Assembly (NCBI GenBank): GCA_001642005.1
Contig: LWCA01000065.1
Coordinates: forward strand, 1 to 63,434
Reading direction: 5' to 3'
DNA from: Intoshia linei
Taxonomy: Eukaryota > Animalia > Orthonectida
DNA length: 63,434 nucleotides
Of this stretch, positions 39,467-53,265 are shown piece after piece. The notes beneath the pieces are model-generated. The model was not told the origin of the DNA, made no database searches, and saw only the letters and a list, made by a program, of their open reading frames with translations. The stretch's first letter is position 1, and each line of letters starts with the position of its first letter. The translations under genes were made by a program, and so were the position numbers.

Positions 39467-40951
39467 TGTAAATTTATTGTATAATAAACTCTAGTTGTAC
39501 ATTAATATTTAATAAAATATGTAGGTTAATTTAATAATGTAACGACTATAAAACCCTAGGGTTGGTGGGTTGATTACATTAATGTTTCCACTTTTGCTTG
39601 TAATTTTTTGAGAATGAAAAAATCTTTACAAAGATTTTAATATCTAAATAATGGTGCACCTCAATTAATTCCAAAATATGCCATGTATTAATCACTGAAG
39701 ATTTAATTTGTACAGATTATTTTTCATTCCACATTTTTGCATTGTTATATAATTACAATAATCAAAAGATTTGTTTATTTCAGTCAAAACAAATTTTTTA
39801 ATCTAACCGAGATTAGATTTTCTTAATCAAGGATAGGCAATGGTGTTGCCAATTAAAAATTTTAGTTATGGTTGAAAACTCTAAATATTTTTTTAGACCA
39901 CAAAAGGGATTATTAATTATACTTTACCATATTCATCTTTTGGGTTATAACTTCGAAGGTTATAGTATATAATGTCCATGGATCTGAACAGATTGATAAT
40001 TTCGGGTTCAAACCGAGCATTTCAGTTCAAAATTTTTATTTCCCGTAACCTGGCTCCTTGGTTATGGTCCTATAATCATGACCATAATTCGCTCTAATTT
40101 TCCAATATCCAATTGTGTGTTAACATTACACATACATAAATTGTACGATATGAAACAATTGTCCCTTGTCAATAGTTATTAATAATAACTTTGCATATTA
40201 TGCATTGCAAAATAATTTTAAACTTTTAGAGAATGTCATTTGTGTGGGTTAAGAAATGAAGGAGTTACTAAACGAAGATATACCAGAAGGCCATCAGGAC
40301 TATCAGAACGTGATGATCAGCTTCGAATTAAAACAATAATTCCATAAAGGAATTTAATCTTTTAATTAATTTTAAATAAAACTATATTTTGCATATTATT
40401 ATGTTTTTGTATTTAACCCTATAATAAACCCCATTATAAAATAAATTATATATTCTATTTATATTCAAAAAAAGATTTTAGATGGATAGAGTGGGGCGTT
40501 GGTTCATTTTTTGGTTGTAAAGAGATATTTATATGACCAGTTTGGGATCCACTGAGATAAACAGTGACATATAAAAAATATATTACTAAGAAGGGGTAGA
40601 CCAAATAAGTTTGGGAACCCCTGCTTTATAGCAATAAATATATATAAAAGGTTATGAAATATTTTTTATTGTCATCTCTAACCATATAAAGTCTACATGG
40701 TTACAGTTAGTGATTATGCTCAGGAAAAATGTCGGGACAAAATTCCCGGGATTTACCGAATAAAAATTAATGAACAAATTTAAAAATAAATAATTATTCA
40801 AGTAATTCATAGCTGAGTTGATGTGTAATGACAGATTTTCAATGAGGGAATAACTAAAAGTGACTTTAATAGGGTTAAGAATAATATAATAAACAATTTT
40901 AGAATAAACGAGTTTTCAATTATAAGTAATAAATTTAATTCATTTACATTA

Positions 40952-41000
40952 CTAGTTGTCTGTTTGTACTTGGTACAAACAGTATATCACTGTCAGTGAT
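40952..41000 (-). mobile_element. Isolated Helitron-like 3' end
   Basis: Reverse strand reads CTGTTTGTAC-CAA-GTACAAACAG-ACAACTAG-T: a perfect 10-bp hairpin followed by CTAG. Confidence 0.6.
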
Positions 41001-41596
41001 TAGATCTGCTGAAGGCCACATTTTTAATTTTTCTAACAAAAATAAAAGTTAATCTTACATAACACCTTAACATAATTAAAAATAAATTTTTTCTTGGACC
41101 ACATCAAATTTATAAATCATTATATTTTGTGACTTCAAAATATTCCTGTTCCTGGCCTAGATGAATAAAAAAAATTTCTTAATCAAAATTTAAATACAAA
41201 TGTACCCTAAAACTACCTACAATAATGTAGTTTTATAAATGCCCAGCTTTCTTAATTATTTTAATGATGTTTAATATTTAATAATGTATGATAATACAAA
41301 ATTAATACAAATTTAATAATATATTAATAGAACCCGATTATTTGAAATGCTTATGCGTTACGGAAATGTATTTAGCGATTTTATACATTGTAAATATAAA
41401 ACTTGCAAATCCTAAACGTTAGAGCCAAATGTTTTATATGTAAACACAATAACGAAATATTTTGTTTATACTATGATGTAATTTTGCTAAAGCTGATGTG
41501 TTAGTGCCTCTTAAAATCAAATTTTAATGGCCGACGTCAAATAATTAATATTGACTATTCGGACAATTATTGATGGTAATAAAATTAATGTTAAAT

Positions 41597-44500
41597 TTAT
41601 TCCTCTACAAATGATTTCAGCGATTCAGATGTATGGGATACCGGTTTTGATGTATAACTATTTTCGCTGTCCATTTTTCTTTTTACATTAATTATAGCAC
41701 TTTCAATATTTTCAAGGCTATTTTGATCATCCAAACTAATTGCAAATTCTTTTGCTTTGTTGAATGTGTTTAAAGATTTTTCATAATTTTTTTTATGTGC
41801 TAATTACAAATTATTATTACACTGATGTAAATATTACAATGTGCTTGTGCTAGAATGATGGTTGCGCTAATTTTCCAAACATCATCCTTAGCGTTTATAG
41901 ATGCATCAATTGATTTTTCAGCGTAATCTATGCAATCATTTATTTTTCCCATTTGCATGTAACAACGACTAATTTCATGATACAACCAAGCAGCTTCAAT
42001 GTCAGATTCGATCAGAGGTATTTTTTGTTCCCATCTACATTTTTTAGGTTTATCAATATAACTAGTCAGATCTCTCAATACCGCCACTATATTCATTATT
42101 TTACTGCTATATTACTACTTATTAATGCATAGTAACTGTATGCATGATCTATTCTCAGCAACGTTATATTCTCAATACCGCCATAAATATCGAAATACCA
42201 AAATAACCGTATTGAATGGTCTGACTGTAAATATCTTTTAACGATTTAGTTGTTCTCAACAATGCTGAAAATACGAGACCCATATTCAGGACCGCCATAA
42301 AAAAATTTTTAATGGGCCTCATTTCTCATAAATAATCATTTAAAAAAAGATTTTTGAATATTTAAATCGTCAAGTCCAAGTGTGTGAAAAGGTAGCTAGA
42401 GAAATATGCCATCATTTGCAAAATGTTTTTGGTGGCCTCCAATATAGTAGATTCAGCTCTGGTTCCCAGCTGTCGTCGCCCAAGATTTTGAGAATTTAAA
42501 AAAAATCATTAAATATCTTAAAATAGCTAGAATTTGGATTATTTGTATTCAACTTTACCCAAAAAAAATTTAAGTTGATTAAAAGGTTAAAAAACACTAC
42601 ATTATAATGTATCAAAATTTTACATATCTACAGCTTCACTATATTTTTTCATTTTTTCATAAACTCTTCCCAAATTATCCATTGCACGTGATTTAGTTTC
42701 TTTTATTTGACTAAATTTTGATTTGTTATCTATTATCAGTGGCGGCTCGTCATAGAGGGCTGCAGCCCCTCCAGAATTTTGACCAATTTAAAAAAAAATT
42801 ATTTTACATTACAATTCAATACATAAAACTCAATTTTTAATTTCTATTGAATATTTAATATTATGGCCTGCAATGTTTGCAGCCCACGACTAGTGAATTT
42901 CAGTATTTAAAACACTGATTCCCAACCTGTGGGTATTTACCCACGAGTGGGTAATTTGATATTTTTCATGAGTAATCACGAAATTTGTTCTAAAAAAATA
43001 GAAATTTTTTTATTTTTTTGCGTGCATGCACAGTAACGTATGAAATAAATTTTTCCCATTGAGTCCTTCAGGGTCAAAAACACAATTTCCTCTTTATTTT
43101 ACTATTTTTTAAAATTAGTTTTTTAAAAAATTTTAATTAAAGAATACTATTAAAAAATTTATATGGCTTATTCTAAAAACCTGACCATCCAAAACGCAGT
43201 TAAACAATATTGCGAATAATATCAAAATACTTACTATAATATAGGTAATGTAGTAAAAAGGTTAGGAAACACTGATTTAAACACTGAAATTAACAATTTC
43301 AACAGTGTAATAGCCATATTAAAATTCAATACATGAGACATAATTTGTAATTTCTACTGACAATTTTAACGACACTGTCACTGAAGAGTTTGTGACATCA
43401 AAAAGCCATCGAATGGAATTTATACATAAATACATTTTTTTAAATAATATCTATTTTTTTTGCAGCACCACCAATTATTTTATCTACAAGCCGCCACTGT
43501 CTATTATACATAAATTTCCATTATTTACAATAGAAAAAAATTACTTTTGTTTGGAAATTTCATAATCCACTTGATGGCTTTTAAGCGCATTTTCATAATC
43601 ACCAAGTTCAAAGTGAGAATTTCCAATAAAACTGTGAATATTTGATATAATTTCGTGTCTATTCAAAACCTATGAATAAAATAAAGAGAATATAATACAA
43701 TGTAAACTCGTTAGTTGGAAATTTTTTTTTTAAAAAAGTTCAAATTGAATAAAATGTCTGACACTATATTATGCACTTACATACAGGGTTTAAGAACAAA
43801 TCAATTCTCTCAAAAATATAGAGTGATTTAAAAGTAAGAAAAGTGGGCCAAAAAACATCTCAGACGAAATCATGAATTCAAACAAAAGATTTTGCAATGC
43901 AAATTATTTATCTAAAAACTGGCCTTGCGCTTCATCTTAATTACATAGATTTCAGCCACAAATATTAATCCATTTTGAAACTTATAAAATAAGTCAAATT
44001 TGAATAGTAAATTGAATTTTCATTTAAAAAAAATGATCAAAAATATTTGGCAGTTTGTGAGGGCCGATGTTTAAATTCGCAAGTCAATTTTACTAAAACA
44101 AAAAATGGAAAATTGTCCTAATTCAAGGCAGTGATCGAAGCGAGTCAAATACAAAAATTTGAAATTTACAACACTATCATTCCATTGCTTTATTTCGTTT
44201 AGTAATTTTTTGCATAATCGTAAACTTTTGGTGTGATCGCCATTTACTTGAACTAAATTTATTTTATTAATATAAGTTAAAAAAATTCCTGAAACCCTCT
44301 TACCACGAGTTAAAATGTTACCCTTATTCAACATGTACATTGTACATACAATTACGAGGCAATGTTAAAATTTATATATGCCATAATATCTACCTCTAGG
44401 AACGTTCCGTAGAGGTAGGTAGTGAATCGGGTAAACTTATTACTTTAAAACGACATTTACATTCAAAAGTCATGTATATTCAAAATTTGTGATAAAATAT

Positions 44501-47500
44501 TAATTGTTAGTATTTTTTTTTATTTTTCAAAATTGGGGCATTTGACTATTTTGATCTCAATTTCTGAGAATAAAATAAGTTTTTGGAATATGACTATTTA
44601 AAAATAAAAAGTTATTATTTTATAAAAAATAAATTCTGTGATATATTTTAAAATCGCAACATCAAAAAAGTGCATTTTCACGATCAAAACCTTAGATTAC
44701 CCTTTTTTTAAAAAATTTAAATTAAGTTCTAAGTGAGTGGTTCCCACAATTTTTTTACGGCTTAATAAATAATATAATAATAAATTATAAAATTTTAAAT
44801 TTTTGATAAAAAACGTCATAAATTGACTTTTAATTAGTTGAAATTTTTCACGGACCGGCATTTGGGAAACGCTGATCTAAGTAACTAAACAAGGAAATAA
44901 AAATTAATTTACAAAGCATATAAATCACACGTTTTCGCATACAATTTACATTTGTGAACAATAAAACTTAAAATGCTGAGCTGTAAAATTCAAATGTAAT
45001 ACATGTTTTTGAACACGCCCATTACTCAGATTTGAATAAATTTGATTTTATTGAAAATTTTGAGTACTCATATCTATCATGTCATATACATTGGAGTCTA
45101 AGAGGTAATCTAAAATTTAGTTCAACGTAAAATTAATTTTTAAATATCCGCCCTCGGCAGAGAAAGCTGGTTTTATATATGTAAGTAAATAATTATTATA
45201 AATAGAGTACCGTTATTTTTGTTAATTTTTTATCAACCCAAACTTTAATACAAATACATGTATGTTTCTATCAACTTAAAAAAAATTTGTTGACAAAATT
45301 GTTAAATTGAATATTTTTACTTACATTGTTAGTGAATTAACTAAAATTAAATTAATTGAAATTTACATTCATCAATCTCCTCCATTGTTTTAAGGACATA
45401 TTTGGAACAATCTTCTTGTGAAATTTCCTTTTTCTCTCCACTACGAGGATCTATAGTTTTTTTACGTCTCGAATACATTGGCTCTTGTTCTTGCCAAAAT
45501 AATGATCGTGAATCCAAATATTCCAAACAATTGTCAGCCATTTTTTTAATGTTTTTGTTATTCTCTATTAATAAGCCCGTGTAAATAAAATTGAGATAAT
45601 TACTTGAAGTGCATGATAGTTCATCTAAAAATAACATATCTTCATATAATTGTCCCAACATTTGTTTCATGGTTTTCCCGTCTTTGCGGTCAATTGTGTA
45701 TTTTTCCTCGTTAGTCGTGCGTGCACTAGATTGTCTCATGACAGTTTTTTCTTTTTTGACCTTCTTTCTCTACATATTAAATTAACGTATACAAATCAGT
45801 AGTTTATGAATATTATACTCTCCTATTTTCCGTGTCTTATCATATTTATTAGTTTTTCTCAAATGGAGACTCGCGACGAAAATTAACTGAAAAATAAATT
45901 TTTTTATTGGAATTGGTATTTTTAGTGATTATTATTTTGATAAAAATGATCGTTTTAACTTTTTCTAAATTATATTTCATACCTTTTCAAAGTTAAAATG
46001 ACCCCAAAAACACATTTTTTATTTTTGGTCTCGATTTAATATCTTGACAGGTCAATAAAATCTACTTTAAATAATAAAATAATATAGGGGTCGGTTCGTA
46101 TGAAAGTTTGGGAAACCCGGATATAAATGATACATAAAACAATTGGTACTATCAAGTTTTCCATACTTTTTTATAAATATGACTCCATAAAAATACTACT
46201 GTAGTCTTTTTTGTAATAATTAAAAAATATTAAACATAATAAATTATTTACAATGTACACTGAACTGTACATAAAATGTTAAAAAAGTTTAATGGTAAAG
46301 AATTATTTTGAGTTTGCAACAACCTACAGATTTATATAACCTTTCTTAATTTGAATTGTAATAAGGTAAAGTAAAAATACGTACCTTTTGATTCTCATAA
46401 TATTGAGTCAAATCGCCAGAATTTAAAAGTTTCACATTGGCATTTTCTAAAATCATAATTTTTTAATTATCAATTATAAATAATAGATGGAATTGTGCAT
46501 TAACTTGTGTTCAACTAAAAAAGGGGTCGCAACATTTTGCATCTCTTGGGCCCCGTTTTTGAAAATTTACACATGATAAATTTCAATTTTACTGATAGGG
46601 TTACCAAAATTAAGTTATCCTCAACCCGAATTGCTATATGAGCGAAGCTCAAAATTTGGCTGAAGCGCAGGAAAGCGTGTTATTTTTTTTTATTTAAAAA
46701 ATTTTTTGAGGCCTCTTTAACTTTGGGGTTACTTTTTCAAAAAATAATAACAGTTAACACACAATTTTTATTGCAAATTTCATAATCAATACTTTAAATT
46801 TTTCATAACAAATAGCAAATAGCACATTTCAAAATGACTTCATGATGAATACTTTAAAGAAAAAAAACAAATGACACAACACAAAAGACAAGATCAAAAT
46901 CAATTGAATTTTGTGTGTAATTCGCTTATTTATCCAATATAAATAAAATATGTCTGATCTGATAATTTGGATTGAAATAATTAAATTACCCTGAGAAATA
47001 TCACTTAACCCTGAGCCCTGAGATGAATTTGAAAACCCGAAGTCTCAGGTGGAAAATAACGCAGTCGGCAACCCTATTTATTGAAGATATACGGTTCTAG
47101 CATATTTAACAAAATAATATCCAGGGAGATCTCATAGATAGGCAAAATCTACTAGAAAAGAGTCCCCTCGTTAAGAATGGAAGTAGGAATGCTGATAGGT
47201 GTTTTGAAGGTCCAGAAATTCAGAGTTAAAATGATAAAAATGAGCCAATTATGTTAGAAATGTGTTTAAAAGTTGAAAAAATTAAAAATACAGTATACGT
47301 CCTTATTGACGGAATTGAAAATTCCGTAATTCCGTTAATATAGAATTTTCCACATAGTAACACCCTTGTTAACGGAATTTAATTTTTTTAAATAAAAAAT
47401 ATTAAATTGTCATATTTCTTGTGAGCTTTTGAATAATACATAACGAAGTAATATACACAAATCATTATCAACGGGAGTCCATGTGAACTCCTGGTGTCCA

Positions 47501-48899
47501 CAGCAGTTTTTTGGGGTTCATGAAAAATTTTATAAATTTTAAATTATTTAAATAAAAATTCCGTTAATAAGAACTTAGATCAGGGGATGTGAACCCATTT
47601 CATACATAAGGCCACATTCCAATAATTTGAAATTGATAAGGCCGCACCGTGAATTAAAAAAATATAGATAGATTATATATATGCAATTTTTAAAATTGAT
47701 CATAAATACAAAATTTCTTAAACTGTTAAATAATATAGATAGAAACAAAAACCAATTCAATTCATCGAAACTAAAGATTATACGGTTAGTTTTAATGGTC
47801 GATAAAAATGTTCTTAAAAATTATTAAGAAATTAAACATATTTTAATGCGTTTTGTGACATTTTTTTCTTAAAGAAAGATCTTTTATATTTGGTACTATA
47901 TTAGAAGTCATTAATTGTAATTGATTTTCTAAATGTATATTAGAGATTTGAGATGGTAGATTCGACTTTAATAAACATTATAATAAAATGTCAGAATTTA
48001 AAATTTCTATTTACTAAATTAATAGTTAAAATTTGTAAATTGAAAATGCAAATTAATTTAAAAATAATGAATACGACAAATACTTATGTGAAGGCCGCAC
48101 ACAATCGTCAATAAGGGCGTACGTTTCCCACTCCTGACTTAGACTGTAAATAATTTACATATTTACTTAAAGGCCCACCAAAATTATTCTGCGGGTCACT
48201 GGTTGCCGACCCCTAAACTAAAAGATATCGCATATTTTTATTATTTTTGTCACTAAAATTATAAAATCGTAAAATCGATCCGAGTCGCAATCGGAACTTT
48301 TTAAAAATCACCGGAAAGTAATTTCATAATTATCTCATGATTGATTTGATTGTCATCACTGGTATAGAAAAAGTTTGAGTGAAATATTAAATTCTGAAAT
48401 TACTTCCAACTGCATTTTCTATAGCCTCCTCGCATTGCTGAATTCCAATTTTAAATGCCTTGTGATCCGGTCTTATTTTTTTGCCTCGATAAAAGTATAT
48501 CAAAGAATCTTCAAAACACCCTTTTCGGTATAATGCTTCAGCCCTCAAACAAATTGCCTAATATCACAAATTAAAAATATATATATATATATATAGTATT
48601 AAAATTGTATGTACCGCTGTATTGGTGCTATTATTTTCAAAGGCTTGAATGGCGTCAATCAAACACTTTTCAATGTCACCGATATGAAGATAACAATATC
48701 CACGTGCCACAGAGCATTTTTCATCTTCTGGTCTCATCTCAAGCGCCTAAAATGTTATGTATGTAATAGAAAATTTTTAAACTATATTGTATTTTTCAAT
48801 GGCTTTCATGTATTCACCCATTTTATTCATTTTATCCGCTTCTTCCTTGTATACCTCAAAAGGGCACTTTGGAGTGTCATCGCAACTTTCTTCAAACAT
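41597..48899 (-). CDS. ODAD4: Outer dynein arm docking complex subunit 4 (TTC25), TPR protein, multi-exon
   Basis: N-terminal TPRs (ALVARGYCYLHIGDIESVLIDAIQA; AEALYRKGCFEDSLIYFYRGKKIRPDHKAFKIGIQQCEEAIENAVGS); KQMLGQLYEDMLFL; LEYLDSRSLFWQEQEPMYSR; IHSFIGNSHFELGDYENALKSHQVDYEI; WEQKIPL..IEAAWLYHEISRCY. Confidence 0.9.
42063..42228. mobile_element. pogo/Tc1-type MITE related to 58993-59076
   Basis: AGTCAGATCTCTCAATACCG ... CGTATTGAATGGTCTGACTG-TA. Shares TCTCAATACCGCCATAAATAT.GAAATACCAAAAT with the 59-kb element. Confidence 0.65.
42737..43499. mobile_element. hAT MITE (CAGTGGCGG-type) containing a nested MITE
   Basis: TIR CAGTGGCGGCTCGT / ACAAGCCGCCACTG; perfect 8-bp TSD TCTATTAT. Confidence 0.9.
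42913..43274. mobile_element. Nested Charlie/Buster-type MITE
   Basis: TIR CACTGATTCCCAACCT / AGGTTAGGAAACACTG; TSD ATTTAAAA/ATTTAAAC. Confidence 0.75.
44735..44874. mobile_element. Charlie/Buster-type MITE
   Basis: GAGTGGTTCCCACA / TTTGGGAAACGCTG; TSD TTCTAAGT/ATCTAAGT. Confidence 0.7.
46596..47076. mobile_element. hAT MITE (TAGGGTT-type)
   Basis: TIR TAGGGTTACC / GGCAACCCTA; TSD TTTACTGA/TTTATTGA. Confidence 0.75.
47291..47577. mobile_element. pogo-like MITE with AACGGAAT subterminal repeats (second copy about 54215-54568)
   Basis: TA-CAGTATACGTCCTTATTGACGGAATT is inverted to AATTCCGTTAATAAGAACTTA. The internal block ATGTGAACTCCTGG.GTCC..CAGCAGTTTTTT is shared with 54230-54280. Confidence 0.65.
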
Positions 48900-49119
48900 T
48901 TATTATGGTACAATTAGTTTATATATTTAATGTTTATATTTACTAAGGTGAGTTCCATTTATCAATGTTTTACGTTGCAATTTGTGTTTCCATTTTTTGT
49001 TGTTAATTATTTTTTGTCAATTATAAAATGTGAATTTTATCAAATTGATTTTTTAATTTAACTATTCGCTGTATAATTAGATTCAATATGCTTTTATGTA
49101 GAAATAACCAATTTGACGA

Positions 49120-49420
49120 GAATTATGGTATATTGACATGATTTAACCCAGATTGAAACTCTGTAGAATACAAGACAATAAACACATACATTGTGTACAC
49201 GTCGACAATGGCCTTACTGGATTTTTACCGAAATGTTTCAAAACGATATCAGGATTTTTAGTTAGAATATAACAAAGCATGGAATTTTTTTTGAATTATG
49301 TCACACGTAATGAAAACTGAAAGGTCTACGCTCTTTGCAATACAAACTAGTGGTCTTGTCATTTTCGTCAAAATGTTGAACATTGCATGAACATGGGCAT
49401 CCATTCTTATGTGACTAATT
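49120..49420 (+). mobile_element. Probable degenerate hAT C-terminal fragment
   Basis: Stop-interrupted frame FF*IMSHVMKTERSTLFAIQTSGLVIFVKM resembles the hAT dimerisation motif. Confidence 0.35.
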
Positions 49421-49742
49421 TAAAAATATTTTAGTCTACCTCAATAGTAAAATCCTGGTCAATAGCATCGCAACTTGTTTATATAAATTAATTTTTTTTA
49501 AATTTGAAATAAGCTCAAACCTTACATAAAAATTAAAATGGTACAACGTGACCCACAATGTTTGCATCGCAATGTATAAAATTTAGATAAAATATATAAT
49601 TGTAACAAATGTAAGAAATATGAAATAATAACATGAATGTTTCAATAAACTTGTTTTTAAATTACTTATATATTAAAATTGAAAATAAACTTTAATTTAT
49701 ATTTTATCACTCACTCGCGTGAATTAAATAATTATAATATAA

Positions 49743-50902
49743 ATGGGAAGAGTAATCAGAGGACAACGAAAAGGTCATGGTGGTATTTTCCGTGCACATA
49801 ACAAGCATAAAAAAGGACCTGCTAAATTGAGATCTTTGGATTTCGCTGAAAGAAAAGGTTTTATCAAAGGAATTGTTAAGGTAATAAATGCGTTTTTTAA
49901 TTTTATTGTATATTTAATTCTTATCCTAGGAAATTATCCACGACCCTGGACGTGGTGCGCCTTTGGCTAAAATTGAGTTTAGAGATCCTTATCATTATAG
50001 AAAAATTGTTGAAACTGTTGTTGCTGCTGATGGTATTTATACTGGTCAAACTATTTCATGTGGTACTAAAGGTAAATTTTTAAGTCATAATTTTACAACT
50101 TGATTAGCTTCCATTCGTATTGGTAACGTTATGCCTGTTGGAAATTTACCTGAGGGAACTATTATATGTTCAATTGAAGAAAAGGTTGGAGATCGTGGGA
50201 AACTTGCTAAAGCTTCAGGGAACTATGCAACTGTAGTTTCACATAATCCAGACAGTAATCGATCTGTTATCAAATTGCCTTCTGGTGCCAAAAAAACGAT
50301 CCGATCCAATTGTAGATCAGTTATTGGTATATTATAATTATCTACATTATGTTTCGTATAGTTAACGAATTTAACTAATCATGGTATTTTATACTGATGG
50401 GCAAAGATTGAATAAGAAAAAAATTTATGAAATTTAATTTTTATAAATGTGTCCAAATTTAAATCTAAACTTACAAAATTATTTTTAAATTCTCATTTTG
50501 CCAGAGTTCACTGCTTTACATTTTATCTTTTAACGTTATTGTTAAAGATCAGATTAGTAATTATGTTTTAATTATATACGTAGGAATTGTTGCTGGTGGT
50601 GGTAGAACAGATAAACCTCTTTTGAAAGCGGGTAGAGCCTATCATAAATATAAGGCTAAACGATACTGTTGGCCAAATGTTAGAGGTGTTGCAATGAACG
50701 TAATTTCCTTATTATTTAAATTTAAACTTTTATATAGCCCGTTGATCACCCTCACGGTGGTGGTAACCATCAACATATTGGTAAGCCGTCTACCGTAAGA
50801 AGAGATACATCACACGGTAGAAAGGTTGGTTTGATTGCCGCTAGAAGAACGGGTAGAATTTGCGGTAAAAAGAAAGCAGAAGCTAAATCTGCGAAAGCCT
50901 AA
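49743..50902 (+). CDS. RPL8: 60S ribosomal protein L8 (uL2); approx. exons 49743-49880, 49930-50071, 50108-50326, 50584-50699, 50738-50902
   Basis: [100 protein letters not shown]. Confidence 0.99.
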
Positions 50903-51659
50903 AAATTGTACCAGATTTTTAGTAAAATATTTATGTAAATAGTTATGATTTTTATTTTATTAATAATTATGCATGATTTGAATTAAAATTGTCAATTAAT
51001 TGAATGTATTCTTCATAGTTAGTAGAGCCCAACCTATCAAACTTGAGGTCACCCATAAAAACATTCACTAACGAGTTGTAGCATCATTTATCCCAGATCT
51101 TGACTAGATATAATTTAATTTAGCACACCAAATGGTTGTCATATTGAAGAATAATTTTTTTATTTATTTTAACAAAAATTTTGGCAACGTCTTCCGAAGA
51201 AGGGGTTCGGCTCTGCGCATATAACAGTATTTTAGGAGTTGTATCATAATGTGAAGTCCATTCGTTTAAGCGATACATCTTAGAAGGAAATAATCATCTA
51301 TTTTCGTAATTTATCATATTTATTTTTTCACGAAATTTTAGTGGGTTTTTTTATTCATATTTTATTATCTTATATTCATAATTTTGTAGGGCTCTTAAGG
51401 GAATATTTTTTTAACAATTTTTAAAGATTTTGTAGGGTTTCAAAGGGAATATTTTTTCACCATAAAATGTTAAAAATTTGCTCATTATCCTTTAAAGTTT
51501 AAAACACAAAAAAAATAAATATGATTAAATCACAAAATTTATACAGTGTATACTTTTTTTAACGTTAACACGAAATGGTTCACATTTGATAGAGTAAGAT
51601 TTTTTTGATTTTATACCATAATGGTTATTCATTTAAAAGTGAAGCAAATTTATATATTA

Positions 51660-52328
51660 CTAGCTTGACTGTTATGTACTACGTACAAACACCATCTAGC
51701 TCTGCCGAGGGTACATTTTTATTATACCAAAAGAATAAATTCATGTTGAAAATCTAACTTAAAAATCATACTATTCACTATTACCAATCTTTTAAAGGAG
51801 TCGTTCCCAAATTTGTTTCAGGTGGAACCATCATATCACATTACTTTTTACTTCAAAGTCAATTATTCCATCTTAATCTTCTTAATTTATTAGACAATAA
51901 TAATATAAATAATAATGGAAAAAAATATATGAATACTAAAATGCTTTTTTGACCGTGAAGTCATCACTTAATCAGATTGAAATTTTTTGAAATTCTAGGG
52001 CTGTTTTCATTAAAAACAGAAGGGTAATTTGTGGTTTTAGCCCTAAAGATATAATTTTTTAAAGTTTAAATTTATGATGATGTTGATTTTAAAATCCGCA
52101 TCAGCGTATATATTTTTTAAATTCTTCAACTCGTTCGATTTTCAAAAAGAAGGACAACAAGGGTTTTTGATCCGTAAGATGTGAAATTGGGAGGTTGAAA
52201 TTTATCTTATATGCACTGGAAAAAACTGTAATTGACATGTGGTTTTTAAAAAATTCTAAGAGTGGTAGTTATTTTCATAAAGTCACACAGACAAACAAAA
52301 ATCGCGTAGCCTTTTATATAAGTTAGGA
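51660..52328 (-). mobile_element. Non-autonomous Helitron-like element, both ends present
   Basis: Reverse strand: A-TCCTAACTTATATAAAAGGCTACGCGATTTTTGTTTGTCTGTGTG ... CCCTCGGCAGAGCTAGATGGTGTTTGTACGTAGTACATAACAGTCAAGCTAG-T. No TSD, no TIR. Confidence 0.8.
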
Positions 52329-53265
52329 TTTTAGTTTTATGTAATTACAGAAATAATCGTTATTAATATTAATTAATACTTTAACTACGAGATACATTTT
52401 TTTAAATTTTTTCAGAAATGTAAAATTATAATTCATATTTGCATGTTATCTTTTTTTTAGTGTTGCTCAGTGTTATACTTCGCGAAAAATATTTCAGCGG
52501 TAGCGCAGAAAAAAATTGTAGATCCCTTTAAATTTGTGGGAACTTTGGAAAGTTTTCGGAAATCACAGGTATTACATTTAAAAAATTATTGACAATAAAT
52601 AAGATAATTTGAGCATCTGCGTTCGTTCATTTCATTTATGTTAAAGATTCGGTAAGGTTGGTTTCCCCCTGAACGTATGATAAATTGATGTTACTATAAT
52701 TTGTGTCAATCCACCCGACACCATATTTATAACGTTCTTACTTGAATCTGTAAATTTTTTTACAGTTTTAATAGTTAGCAACATTACATAAAATGTGATG
52801 TACGTTATTGTCAGTAATACTAACTCAGTACATTTCAAAAATTTGAATCAAACTGCAAAAATGTATATTTTTAGTTTTTGCATTAAATTTTTTTCACGTC
52901 ACCTAAATGTGAAATTATATTTAACATACTATTTGTACTATTTTGTTATTATATATATTAGTAATTAAATTCTAAGAAAATTATAAATATCTATTTTCTC
53001 GATATAAAATTATATTGTAATAATTAATTCAAATTTCCTCACAGACTCAAAAATATCTACCTATATTGCGGATTGAAAAGTGAATTTTTATTTAACAGAT
53101 TTTGTGTCACAAAGAAATGAATTAAAAAATATTAAAAGGTATTCGTTAAAATGTAAATTAAAAAAACTAGAGTAAATTTTACATTTTGTTTGCATTTTCA
53201 AAGGTTTGATAGAAATACAAAATTATTAAGACAGTTTCAGAAATTGTTTATATAAATGACAAAAT

